64,000 bases of DNA from Squalus acanthias (Eukaryota). Shown here piece by piece: positions 37,691 to 49,447 of this stretch; position 1 is the first letter of the stretch, and each line of letters begins with the position of its first letter. Made by a program: the position numbers and the translations under genes. The DNA lies in contig CM059425.1 of the NCBI GenBank assembly GCA_030390025.1, positions 172,796,001-172,860,000 of the forward strand, in the 5' to 3' direction. The notes beneath the pieces are model-generated. The model was not told the DNA's origin. It searched no databases and was given only the letters and a program-made list of their open reading frames with translations.

Positions 37691-39864
37691 TTCGTTTTTT
37701 AAATTCAGATTGTGTTAAGTGTCTTTGGATGTCACGCCAACTCTTTATAGTTCATGGGTCAGAATGGTGAATGAGATGATCTTCAACAAAAACTGGGTAA
37801 ATCTGTTGTGGAATGCATTCTCACTTGTAATTACCTGGCAGGTAGGAAACCATCAGACTAAGTCAAGGGGGTTCTAGGATAAAGTTCTGTATCATAGCAC
37901 AGGCAAATTTGAAGCAGATTTTGAATGAGACCATCTGCAAAGTTGCAAAATGGAATAATCCTCACACCTTTTCAAAGAATTATTGCTTAGACCTAGAAGG
38001 TGTTGAAGATCTCCTCTTTGATGGGTCACGCTAGTGACTCGAATGTCAGTGCCTATACAAGGGGTTCCTCTTTTGTTTCCCGGTTTGTACTGTTTGGTCA
38101 ATCTCCTGCAATGTGAAAATGAGGTGAGAAAAATTGTTTGCCTGTAGGATCATTTTTATTCTTAGCGACATCATTCACATTCCAACACCCACCCTGCCAA
38201 CACCCTCAGTCACTTGCTAGAGAGGGACATAATTCAGTGTCGCCCTATTCTTATTCATTTGACACATTGTAAAAACAAACTGGATCCTTGATTAGAATGT
38301 ATGCTTTATACCAAGAGAGATGGCAGAGGTCACGTGGAAGGTGGTACAAGAAAGATTATCCACTGCAACATGCATACTACTGATCTGGCAATGTGCGGAT
38401 GATATCTGTTTCAAGAATTAATGATTTTACATATAAGAAACACTATTATTTATATGTATACAAAAAATCCAAGCAAATACACTATGAAGCAACATTCATT
38501 TTGACACTAATGTCACAAACCCTATAAACATTCACTTTACTGGAATAAAAATGATCCACCACCAGAGTCACTTAAGAATTCAGATCCAGAAGAACTAACA
38601 ACACCTGAGATTGAAGCTCACCCTCATATTGAGAGCGTTTCAAAACACCCCAAAAGGAAGCGAAGGGTAACCAACAGTGGAAAAAAAAGCCAGGATTCCA
38701 GGAAATGGTTGTCCACACAAAGCAAAACACAGACCACCACCCCCCCAACAACTCAATTTAATCTGTGTATAATAATAATTAAGAATTACCCTTGTGCAAC
38801 TCCTTAGTGCCTGTCTTCTGTGCTCGTTGACCTATCCTAGTGCTCCTACAAAGTGTATGCTCAGTGGCTACAGATTAGGAGGTGAAAGGCTGCTGAGCTT
38901 CCATTGAGGACACTTCAGATGGCCATGGCGAATTACCTCAAGCAGCTTGTGCGCCTTGGGGGGTCTGGCTTTACCTGCATCATTTCGGTATGGGCAGAGG
39001 CAGTCTGGGCCAGCTGGCTCTGTGGCAGAGTGGGTGGTGGGGGAGCAATCTTACTGTCGTCCTGAGAGAGGTCAGCAGGTGCTTCTCACATGGAGCCAAG
39101 GCCAATCTCCCAGGACTGCACTTCAGCACTCCAACTGTACTACACAAGGACAGAGTGCAGGAGTGATGTGACACTGTGGAAGCCCCTTTTAATACTGGCC
39201 CCCAGAGCCAGGTTGGCAGCTGTCTGAGCATCCATGACAGCAGTATGAGCTGCCATGGAAGTTCTCAGCGGAGGCTCCATCATGGTGGGCACCACTGTTA
39301 TGTCCATGGAACTGGCCACTTGGTCCATGTTGAACAGAATGACCTGCGCAAAATCCTGGCACAAGTTGGCTCTGGACTCCTCCATGCAAGCTTTCTGTGA
39401 GCCTAACATTTCCAGGTGTATACACATCAGCCTTCTTCGATAGCCTCGGCCCTCAAAGTCATAATCTGAGTCCTCTGCAGCACAGTTTGTATGTCATCTT
39501 GCCCTTCAGCGAGCTGGGACCTGTGTCGTCCTACCTCCTTGCCCTAGCTCCTGCACACTTGTGCTGGGTGATTCACCAAGTGAAGACCCCTCCTCTAGCC
39601 TAGCTTCTAAAGTATGCGTGGTGCCAGTATCTGAGCCAGTGTTTGCTAGGGTCTGATCGAGTGATGCGGCATCTTCAGGAAGGCTGGGCTCCTGAGAGCA
39701 GAGAGAGGTGAATGCCTGCTGAAAGAAGCTGCAGTTTGTCATGCAGAGTGTGTAACGTGAGATAGAAGTAAGAAGGGAAATAGAGGATAAGGTGTAAAGA
39801 AGCCAGGCACGATGTCACCTCCAGCATTGCCACTCGCCATGGCCATCACTCTCTCCCATTATTA

Positions 39865-39955
39865 ATCTTCTACATTACAACAGTGACTACACTTCAAAAC
39901 TATTGGCCGTAAAGCGCTTTGGGACGGCCTGAGGTCGTGAAAGGCACCATATTCC
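39865..39955 (+). mobile_element. DeuSINE/L2-type 3' tail fragment
   Basis: ctacattacaacagtgactacacttcaaaa...aaagcgctttgggacg.cctgaggtcgtgaaaggc matches the tail of the SINE at 4721-4830. Confidence 0.8.
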
Positions 39956-40590
39956 TTCCTGCCCTCTGCCCTGCCCTGCCCTCTTCCCTGTCCTCCCCTC
40001 TTCTCTGTCCTCCCCTCTTCTCTGTCCTCCCCTCTTCCCTGTCCTCCCCTCTTCCCTGCCCTCCCCTCTTGGCTGCCCTCCCCTCTTGGCTGCCCTCCCC
40101 TCTTGGCTGCCCTCCCTTCTTGGCTGCCCTCCCCTCTTGGCTGCCCTCCCCTCTTGGCTGCCCTCCCCTCTTGGCTGCCCTCCCCTCTTGGCTGCCCTCC
40201 CCTCTTGGCTGCCCTCCCCTCTTGGCTGCCCTCCCCTCTTGGCTGCCCTCCCCTCTTGGCTGCCCTCCCCTCTTGGCTGCCCTCCCCTCTTGGCTGCCCT
40301 CCCCTCTTGGCTGCCCTCCCCTCTTGGCTGCCCTGCCGTCTTCTCTTCCCTTTCATCCCCTTTCCTTCCCTTTCATCCCCTTTCCTTCCCTTTCATCCCC
40401 TTTCCTTCCCTTTCATCCCCTTTCCTTCCCTTTCATCCCCTTTCCTTCCCTTTCATCCCCTTTCCTTCCCTTTCATCCCCTTTCCTTCCCTTTCATCCCC
40501 TTTCCTTCTCTCTTCTCCCCTTCCCTTTCCTTTCCTTCCCTCTTCCCCTTCCTTCTTTTCTTTTCCCTTTCCCTCCCTCCCTCCCTCCCT
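39955..40590. repeat. Pyrimidine-rich compound minisatellite
   Basis: About 15 copies of the 17-mer CTGCCCTCCCCTCTTGG (~40056-40332), then about 8 copies of the 20-mer TTTCATCCCCTTTCCTTCCC (~40351-40508), flanked by degenerate CT repeats. Confidence 0.95.
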
Positions 40591-42098
40591 TGTATGTAAG
40601 ATGTGAGGGTTCCAATAGCGTTGAGATTAGGAGCTGCAGACTGTATGTGTAAGAGGAGATGGAGTGGTGTGGTGTAGTGCAGTGATTGTACAAGAGTGAA
40701 AGGAAGCGGGGAGAGTTGTATTGTGAGTAGTATGACTGCATGAGTGTGGAGAGAGTAATTAATGTGAAAGGTAAGATATTTACCGTGAAAGCTCTGGTGA
40801 GCTCATTGAAAGTTTTTCTGCAATGTAACCATGGAACTGAGCTCCTGACATTGACCTCCTTAGCAAACTTTTTCCACTGGCGGCAGAGGTGTTGCATCCT
40901 GGGGGGAAGAGTCTGGACCAGGGACTCCAAAGCTGCATCCGAGAATCTAGGCGCCTCTTTCAGTCATTTTATCACTTCAAAAATGTTTCCCTGCTCTCTG
41001 CAACCAGTGTGCACCACCCCTTTAAGAGCTGCTGTCTGTCTTTAGTTGGCGTCGGTCAAGCCCCCTTCCCCCGCCCCCCCCCAAAACAAGCACACAGCCA
41101 ATAAGTAGCACAAGTAATGAGCTGGCAGCACCAATTTCACGTGCTTCCTGCGAACCGCCCATGACTACCCACTCGCCACCACTGAAATATGGCTGACCAA
41201 AAACACCCTCATTCTGTCCCATTTTGTGGTTCCTAGTCTGGCAGACTATCGCAGATCTGCCCAGGGCCCAATCAAACTTTCAGGCCCCTGATGTTTTAAA
41301 TGTACTTTAGAGTTTAAAAAAAAAAATACTGATACAGTGATCAGTGCATAGTTTTCCCACTTGGGAATAGCTTACTCTCTTTTTATTTTGTGGTGTTTAT
41401 GACAAATTTATCATGTCAAGTGCTATGTTTTGTAGTGTAATTAAAGGTCAAATAGTATAAAATTATGATAAATGTAGTTTTTAGGGAGTGTTCCTCTTGA
41501 CTGTTTTCATTGAGAAAAATTAAATTACGATACTAATTACTTGGCACTGTTTCAGCTATATTTGATTATTATACGTGAATAAGCTCTTTTTTGACAACTG
41601 CAATTCTTTTACAAGTGTTAGGTCGCTATGGGTTACCTTAATGTCATGTAACTTTTCACAGAGTGACAGATATAGGCACATTTTGGCATGATGCATGATT
41701 TCAATTTTTCTTTGAGGCAATTTTTTTGTGTGTGAATATAAACCATGTAGCAAGCTATCTTTCCATGACCCAGAAGACTTTGACCTTTGAAAAAAATCTT
41801 AAATTAAAGCTAATGGCTTTTCCACATACGCAAACAGAATATGTTCTCTAATGGTTTGATCTATAATAAATAACTATCTAGAAGTCATGTTGCAATGAGT
41901 TGCAAACCTTACTATATAGAGAAAACTCTTTTTGCAGAGGAAAACGATTAAATACCTTCAAAATAAATAGATATCCTGCTCACAGGTGCACAATTAATTT
42001 AAAATGAAAACTGCCTATTGTCAATATCTTTTGACCTCTTTATGAGAAAGGTATACACATGCTTTCTTGCTTATGATAACACAGGTTAGCTTGTGTCT

Positions 42099-42212
42099 CT
42101 TCCCAGCTACATTCACGACTCTTGCGACACCCTCCCCCACTTTAACAGTTTCCAGTTTCCTGGCCCTAACCGTCTCCTTTTCACCATAGACGTCCAATCC
42201 CTCTATACCTCC
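42099..42212 (+). mobile_element. Isolated Penelope-type RT fragment
   Basis: Translates to LPSYIHDSCDTLPHFNSFQFPGPNRLLFTIDVQSLYTS, including the Penelope RT motif T.DV.SLYT. Confidence 0.7.
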
Positions 42213-42388
42213 AGCTTTTGAATACCCACTCCATCAAATATTTGTACAAATGTTCTTAAATTTCTCCATACTATCTGCTTCCCTGGACAGTCCATTCCAC
42301 GTGTTCACCATCATCTGCAGAAAGCAATTACATCTAAATTGTTTGTGCACATCCTAAGCTTGAACCAGTATCTGCTGATTTTAGAGTT

Positions 42389-42750
42389 TACATAGGATAT
42401 ACAGCACAGAAACAGGTCATTCGGCCCAACCAGTCCATGCCAGTGTTTATGCTCCACTCAAGCCTCCTCCCATCTTTCCTCATCTAACTCTATCAGCATA
42501 ATCCTCTATTCGCTTCTCTCTCACATGCTTATCTAACTGCCCCTTAAATGCATCTATACTATTCGCTTCAACCACTCCCTGTGGTAGCGAGTTCCACATT
42601 CTCCCCACTCTCTGGGTAAAGAAGTTTTCTCTGAATTCCCTATTTCATTTCTTGGTGACTATCTTATATTGATGGCCTCTGGTTTTGCTCTTCCCCACAA
42701 GTGGAAACACTCTCTCTGTATCTACTCTATCAAAACCTTTCATGATTTTG
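42389..42750 (-). mobile_element. CR1 3' end fragment
   Basis: Reverse complement of the 3' end seen at 59050-59405 and 52700-53070. Confidence 0.8.
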
Positions 42751-42769
42751 TGCTAATCTTAAACATATT

Positions 42770-43500
42770 GGCCTAGAAATTCGATTCGGAGGCTTGCCGC
42801 GGGGATAAGGATCGCGCGCGATATCACCCACCGCGTCTGCCGTTCTTGTTTGCCCCCGCAGGAACTTCGGGTCCTGGGCCTCTCCCTAGTGCCGGCGCGC
42901 AGTGTTCCAGGGATGCGACCCCTGGGATCACGTGGGCCATGGAGAGCCAATGGCAGCAGACCATCTTTCATTCATAGATTTGACAGGAGACCTGTCAAAT
43001 CTATGAATTGAAATCGGCCCCAAAAGAACAGCTAAACCTCAAATAAATTTTAAAAAAAACCATCACATTAATAAAATAACTATAGTTAAATAAATTAACC
43101 ACTTTAAACAAAAATTTTAATTTTTGAAAAAATTAAAATACTTTTTAAAAGTGATAAAAATAAACTTACCTTTCTTTAAAGTCTCTAAAAAAGATAAACC
43201 TGTTGAAAAAAATTTAAAATTATACTTAATTAACTACTTACCTTGTTCAAAAGGGGTCTTACGCCTCCTTTTTACTAGCGTAGAAGATTCAATACTTACC
43301 CTCGCGTTGAAACCTGAAAAAAAACCTAAGTGTGCTGCGTGCGCGCAGCCTCTAGTGCGCACGCGGTTCACCTAGGAACCGCCCCCTTCGCCATACCGGA
43401 AGTGCCGGTTTGCAGTGCATGCAGGAAACTGGCACTTCGGGAATGAATACGGGTGAGTACGCACTGAGTACTCACCTGAGAACGGACGAATTTTTGGGCC
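42770..43500. mobile_element. Palindrome-rich Harbinger-type MITE, copy 1
   Basis: TIRs GGCCTAGAAATTCG / CGAATTTTTGGGCC, TSD ATT; colinear with 47253-48018. Confidence 0.88.
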
Positions 43501-44953
43501 ATTATTGGGGTTCAATTTATTTATTCCCTTAAAAGTACAGAATATTATCTCCCCTGAGGCTTCTCCATATTAAACAATCACAGGCTTTTCAACTTCTCCT
43601 AGCTTGGATGCCTTAAACTAGGTTACCCATTTCTGTACTCTCCATCATCTGTATATTCTTGCTGTAGTACTGACTGTAATTGTACGCAGCACTTTGGGTG
43701 TGATCATACCAGTCACCTCCTGGGATTTGTGCTCAATCCCTCTGGCTGCACATCCCAAGATCCAGTTGGCTTTCCTTACTACTGCCACGCTGCACTGTTG
43801 GTTTCAGTGACCAGTCCACCAATATACTCAGAACTCTGTTTTGTGTCCTGTAACCTAAAGCCATTTAGTTTATATTCCCTATGGCACCTCACTAGTGACC
43901 ATGTCAAAGCAGCTCCATTCACAACCATCCTTTGCTTTCTCTGATTTAACTAATTTTCAATCCACCTCAGAAGCTTGCCTACTATTCCATGGTTTCCTAC
44001 CTTGTGGATTAATCATCTGTATGGCAAGATGTCAGAAACCATGGGGGAACCTAAATATTTTGCATTCAGAAAATTCCCATTGTGAACAAGATCCATCATT
44101 TCCTTGAAGAACTTCAATAAATTTGTAAGAAAAGAGCTGCCTCCCATAACTTCATGGTGACTCCCTCTTACTTTACCATAATTACCTAGTGTTTCATTAT
44201 ACTCTTCTTTCAGAATGCTTTCTAATTTTTTATGCATGACCAATGTTAGATTCACTGAACTGAAATTTAATAGAGGCAGATTTAGAAGGAAGTGAAGTTG
44301 GAAGGGGGATGTGGACGGTGAGGGATACAAGGAAGTGGTCAGAGAGGACCTCAACAGTAATCAAGACCATAGGAGATGATGAGCTCGAAAGGTTTTTCAT
44401 TAAAATGGGTAGGAGAATTTATATGGAGGGAAAAGTTTAGGAAGGTCAGGAAGGTGGTGAATTCAGAGGAGATGGGGTAAGGGGAACTGAAATGAAGATG
44501 GAAATCACCAAGGATGAGGGTTCCTCAGATGCCGATAGAGAAAAGGAGGGAGGATATCTAGGAAGAAATTCAGGGTGCAGTTTGGAGGGCAGTAGATAAT
44601 GAGGATTTTAAAGGAGAGGTGAGAGGAGTGGAACAGGGTGAGATGCTCAAACGAGGCAAAGGTGTCAGAGGAGTAGAGGGAGAGGCCAAGGTGTTACTTG
44701 GAATAAGGATCATGCTGCTACTGTAGCGGTTTGAGCAGGGCAGGTGGTGGAAAGTATAAACCATGCGGAGAGGCATTGGTAAGGGCAAGGTGTGGACACC
44801 TATGAGCCAAGTTTACGGCATAGCCGGAATGTCAACACAATCATTCACAATGAGGTCGTGGATAGCAATGACCTTGTTTGCAAAGGAATGGACATTCTGG
44901 AAGGAAATGTGGCGAGGAGTGGTAAATGTTGATCTGCTGGCAGAGTCTAAAGG

Positions 44954-45346
44954 TCATGATGCGGAGATGCCGGTGTTGGACTGGGGTGGACAAAATTGAG
45001 AGGTCGCACAACACCAGGTTATAGTCCAACAGTTTTATTTGAAATCACAAGCTTTTGGAGCTTACTACTCCTTCGTCGGGTGAAGTAAAAAGATACAGAA
45101 TCGCCAAAGCATATATAGATAGAGAACAATGCATGTGTACCTTACAATTGCAGACAACTAAATTAAATCATCCTGACTATCTGCCGAGGTGTGATAAAGT
45201 TAATCAGGTCAGCCAGGAAGGTACCACATCAAAGACATAGCAAGATACAACTGAGACAATGAGGTGGAGTCGCAGGGGGTCTAACGTATCTTTTTATTTC
45301 ACCCGACGAAGGAGTAGTAAGCTCCGAAAGCTTGTGATTTCAAATA
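44954..45346. mobile_element. Short Penelope-like element with inverted pLTR ends carrying hammerhead motifs
   Basis: 12-bp direct repeat AGAGTCTAAAGG at 44942-44953 and 45347-45358; ~62-bp inverted repeats at 45035-45096 and 45286-45347, each with a hammerhead-like core. Confidence 0.8.
45299..45337 (+). ncRNA. Minimal type I hammerhead ribozyme motif (variant core CCGACGA)
   Basis: UCAC-CCGACGA-A-GGAGU(AGUAA)GCUCC-GAAA-GCUU-GUGA: stem I UCAC/GUGA, stem II and palindromic AAGCUU stem III. Confidence 0.65.
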
Positions 45347-45610
45347 AGAGTCTAAAGGAGCAGTGGTAGGTGGGGTGAGTGGGAAGAAAAGGAATTTGGT
45401 GATGTTAGCCCCCATTGGGTGCACGGGGCAAGATGGTTGGTAAGAGAAGAGGAGGCGGTAGTTTGGGTGTCTGCTCATAAGGAGGTAGCAATGGGTGCAT
45501 CAATAGGCCTTTTGGAGAATGCCATGAGAGGTGCAGAGGGTAGCTGTGGGCTTTTTCAAGGAGAATTCAAGCTTGGGACAGCGACAGTAGATAGAAAAGC
45601 AGAGGAGTAC

Positions 45611-48600
45611 TGATGAGGAGCTTGAGCGGCAGCTGGAGTCACTGCAGTGCATCCGCGAGGCTGAGAGTTACATGGATAGCACATTTCTGGAGGTGGTCAT
45701 CCCACAGCTTAAGAGTGTGCAGGCAGAGAGGGAATGGGTGACCGCCAGACAGAAGAGGAGGACCAGGCAGGTGGTGCAGGAGTCCCCTGAGTGTATCTCG
45801 CTCGCTAACCAGTATTCAGTTCTGGATACTGGTGAGGGCGATGGTTCCTCTGGGGAGTGCAGCCAGAGCCAAGTCCATGGCACTACGGGTGGCTCAGCTG
45901 CACAGGCGGGGAGGAAGAAGAGTGGGAGAGCAATAGTGGTAGGGGATTCGATAGTAAGGGGAATAGACAGGCGTTTCTGCAGCCGCAGACGTGACTCCAA
46001 GATGGTATGTTGCCTCCCTGGTGCCAGGATCAAGGATGCCACTGAACGGCTGCAGGACATTCTGAGGGGGGATGGTGAACAGCCAGAGGTCGTGGTCCAC
46101 ATCAGTACCAACGACATAGGTAGAAAGAGGGATGAGGCCCTGCAGGAAGATTTTCGGGAGCTAGGAATGAGAAAAGCAGGACTTCAAAGGTAGTAATCTC
46201 TGGATTACTCCTGGTGCCACGTGCTAGTGAGTACAGAAACAAGAGGATAGAGAAGATGAATGCGTGGCTGGAGAGATCGTGCAGGAGGGAGGGCTTTAGA
46301 TTCCTGAGGCATTGGGACTGTTTCTGGGGGAGGTGGGACCTGTACAAGCTGGACCGGAACCAATATCCTCACGGCGGGGTTTGCTGGTGCTGTTGGGAAG
46401 TAATTAAACTAGCCTGGCAGAGGGATGGGAACCTGAGAGTGGATTCAGAAGGGAGAGAAGCAAAGCTGGAAATGGAAGGCAGAAAATTAGTAAGCAAGTT
46501 TGGAAGGCAGAGGAAACAAATGCTAGAAAATAGACAACAAGGAGTTTGGCAGTGCTAAATGGTATATACTTCAACGCAAGGAGTCTAGGGAATAAAGCAG
46601 ATGAGCTGAGGGCACAGATAGACACGTGGGAATATGATCTAGCTATTACTGAGACATGGCTGAAAGAAGGGCAGGAATGGCACCTCAACATTCCTGGTTA
46701 CAGGGTTTTCAGACAAGATAGAGAGGGGGATAAAAAAGGAGGGGGGGTCGCAATATTGATTAAAGAATCAATTACAGCTGTGAGGAGGGTGGATATCTTG
46801 GAAGGATCATCAATTGAGGCCATATGGGTTGAACTGAAGAACAAAAATAGGGCAATCACACTGCTGGGAGTGTACTATAGACCTCTGAACAGTCAGAGGG
46901 AGATAGAAGAGCAAATATGTAGGCAAATGAGACGTGCAAAAATAGGGCAGTAATAGTAGGGGATTTCAACTTCCCTAATATTAAGTGGGATTAAATTTAT
47001 GTGAAAGGCATAGAGGGAGCAGAATTCTTAAAATGCATTCAGGAGAACTTTTTTAGCCAGTACGTAGCAAGCCCAACAAGAGAGGGGGCGGTTCTGGACC
47101 TAGTTTTAGGGAATGAAGCTGGGCAGGTGGAAAGGATATCAGTGGGAGAGCATATTGGTCGTAGTGATCATAATTCAGTTAGATTTAGGGTAGTTATGGA
47201 AAAGGACAAGGACAGACCAGGAATAAAAGTTCTCAATTGGGGAAAAGCTAATGGCCCTGAAATTCACCTCTCCGGCTTGCCGCGGGGGTAAGGATCGCGC
47301 GCGCACTTACCTACCGCGCCTGCCGTTGACCTCTGGGCCCACGGGAACTTCAGCTCCTGGGCCTGCTCCAAGTGCCAGCGCGCAGTGCTTGCGTGTCCCA
47401 GGGGCGTAGTTAGTGCGATGCGTCCCCTGGGATCACGTGGGCCATGGAGAGCCAATGGCAGCAGACCATCTTTCATTCATAGATTTGACAGGAAGACCTG
47501 TCAAATCTATGAATTGAAATTGGCCCCAAAAGAACAGCTAAACTTCAAATAAATTTTTTTAAAAACCATCACATTTATAAAATAACTATAAGTTAAATAA
47601 ATTAACTACTTTAAACAAAAAATTTTATTTTTTAAAATATTAAAATACTTTTTAACAGTGCTAAAAATAAACTTACCTTTCTTTAAAGTATCTAAAAAAG
47701 ATAAATCTATTGAAAAATGTTTTAAATTATAATTAATTAACCACTTAGCTTGTTGAAAACGGGTCCTGCGCCTCCTTTTTAAAAGCGCAGGTTCTTCAAT
47801 ACTTACCCTCCCGGAGAAACCTGAAAAAAAACCTAAGTTTGCTGCGTGCGCGCAGCCTCTACCGCGCACGCGGTTCACCTCTGAACCGCTCCCTTCACCA
47901 GACCGGAAGTTCCGGTTTCCCGCGCATGCGCAGTGCATGCGGGAAACCGGCACTTCAGGACGCCTTACGGGTGAGTACACAGTGCGTACTCACCCGGTAA
48001 GGGCCGAATTTTTGGTCCAATTTTACTAAGCTGAGAGGTGATTTAGCCAAAGTGGACCGGAGACAGAAACTTGAAGGTAAATCAGTGTCAGAGCAGTGGG
48101 AGGCATTCAAGGAGGAGATAGTGAGGGTTCAGAGCAAGAATATTCCCTTAAAGAAAAAGGGTGGGACTAACAAATCTAGAGCTCCCTGGATGTCAAGGGG
48201 CATACAGGGCAGGATAAAGAAAAAAAGGGAAGCTTATGACAGATACCGAGGACTCGGAATACTGCAGAAAGCCTAGAGGTGTATAGAAAGTGCAGGGGTG
48301 AAATTAAAAAGTAAAATCAAGGAAAATCCAAAGATGTTTTATAAATACATGAAGAGCAAGAGGATAACTAAAGTAAGAGTAGGGCCTATTAGGGACCATA
48401 AAGGTAACCTGTGTGTGGGAGCGGAAGACATGGGTATGGTTCTTAATGAATACTTTGCGTCTGTTTTCACAAAAGAGAGGGACGATGCAGACATTGTAAT
48501 CAGGGAGGAGGAGTGTGAAATATTAGATGAAATAAACATAGTGAAAGAGGAAGTATTAAGGGGTTTAGCATCTTTGAAAGTGGATAAATCCCCAGGCCTG

Positions 48601-48940
48601 GATGAAATGTATCCCAAACTGTTAAGAGAAGTAAGAGAGGAAATAGCTCTGACCATCATTTTCCAATCCTCTCTGGCTACAGCTGTGGTGCCAGAGGACT
48701 GGAGGACTGCTAACTTGGTACCGTTGTTTAAAAAGGGAGAAAGGGATAGACCGAGTAATTAAAGGCCAGTCAGTCTAACCTCGGTAGTGGGAAAATTATT
48801 GGAAAAAATTATGAGGGACAGGATAAATTTTCATTTAGAAAGACACAGATTAATCAGGGACAGTCAGCATGGATTTGTTAAGGGAAGGTCATGTCTGACT
48901 AACTTGATTGAATTTTTTGAGGAAATAACAAGGAGGGTTA
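45611..48940 (+). mobile_element. CR1 with ORF1 SGNH-esterase domain and ORF2 endonuclease through RT start; 3' part missing; MITE inside
   Basis: ORF 45672-46193 has IVVGDSIVR, CLPGARI and VVVHISTND; ORF2 has YFNARSL, ITETWL, GGGVA, YRP and SDHN, and ends after QHGF..CLTNL. Confidence 0.9.
47253..48018. mobile_element. Palindrome-rich Harbinger-type MITE, copy 2, inserted in CR1
   Basis: TIRs GGCCCTGAAATTC / GAATTTTTGGTCC, TSD AAT; removal restores the CR1 sequence gctaattttactaag. Confidence 0.9.
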
Positions 48941-49447
48941 CATCTTTTATTTGTACCAGTTACAGATACAAAAGTCTATAGATTTGTGACTAAAGCACCA
49001 ATAACTTCCCAATTAATGTACATTTTTAATTATGTTCTTGACCATATTTGTAGATGGCATCATATTACTTAATGATATTTAAATATTTCTTTGTCACTCA
49101 TATATAACTTTTATTATATTATTGTAGAGTAAAGATTCAACACCCACTATGTTAGATTAAACTTAAAATTTAATGTGGCCATGGTCCCTTTAAGGATCCC
49201 GGCTTAAAACCCATCATGAATGACGTCACCAGACCCGCTCCATCTCATTGGGCCGGGTAACGCGCTGGGCGGGCTTAATAGGCCCCATTAAGGTAAGTTC
49301 ATTTTCTACAGTGGGATGGAGCCAGCAGCAGGGTCGCAACCCTCCACGGACACCGGCTGCACCGGAACCGCCAAGGTAAAGAAAATTCTTGCCATAGTGT
49401 TTGTAAATGTGTGTATTCAACTCTAATTGCTATTTTTTCTAATGCAG

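Larger units (their letters stand above)
38785..41220 (-). mobile_element. Decayed Harbinger Myb-gene fragment
   Basis: Minus-strand exon-1 remnant (APRFSDAALESL..WKKFAKEVNVRS..WLHCRKTFNEL) at about 40785-40960; exon-3-like acidic region at 39100-39700. Boundaries approximate. Confidence 0.65.
44265..45610 (-). mobile_element. Degenerate L2-type LINE (endonuclease region), interrupted by a Penelope element
   Basis: Minus strand reads LILGDFHLH near 44495-44520; strong purine skew on plus, typical of antisense L2. Confidence 0.6.

Noticed and set aside
39862..40652. Several long repetitive ORFs and a possible CRISPR-like array
   Set aside because: Translations of a minisatellite; units are directly adjacent with no unique spacers, and there are no cas genes.
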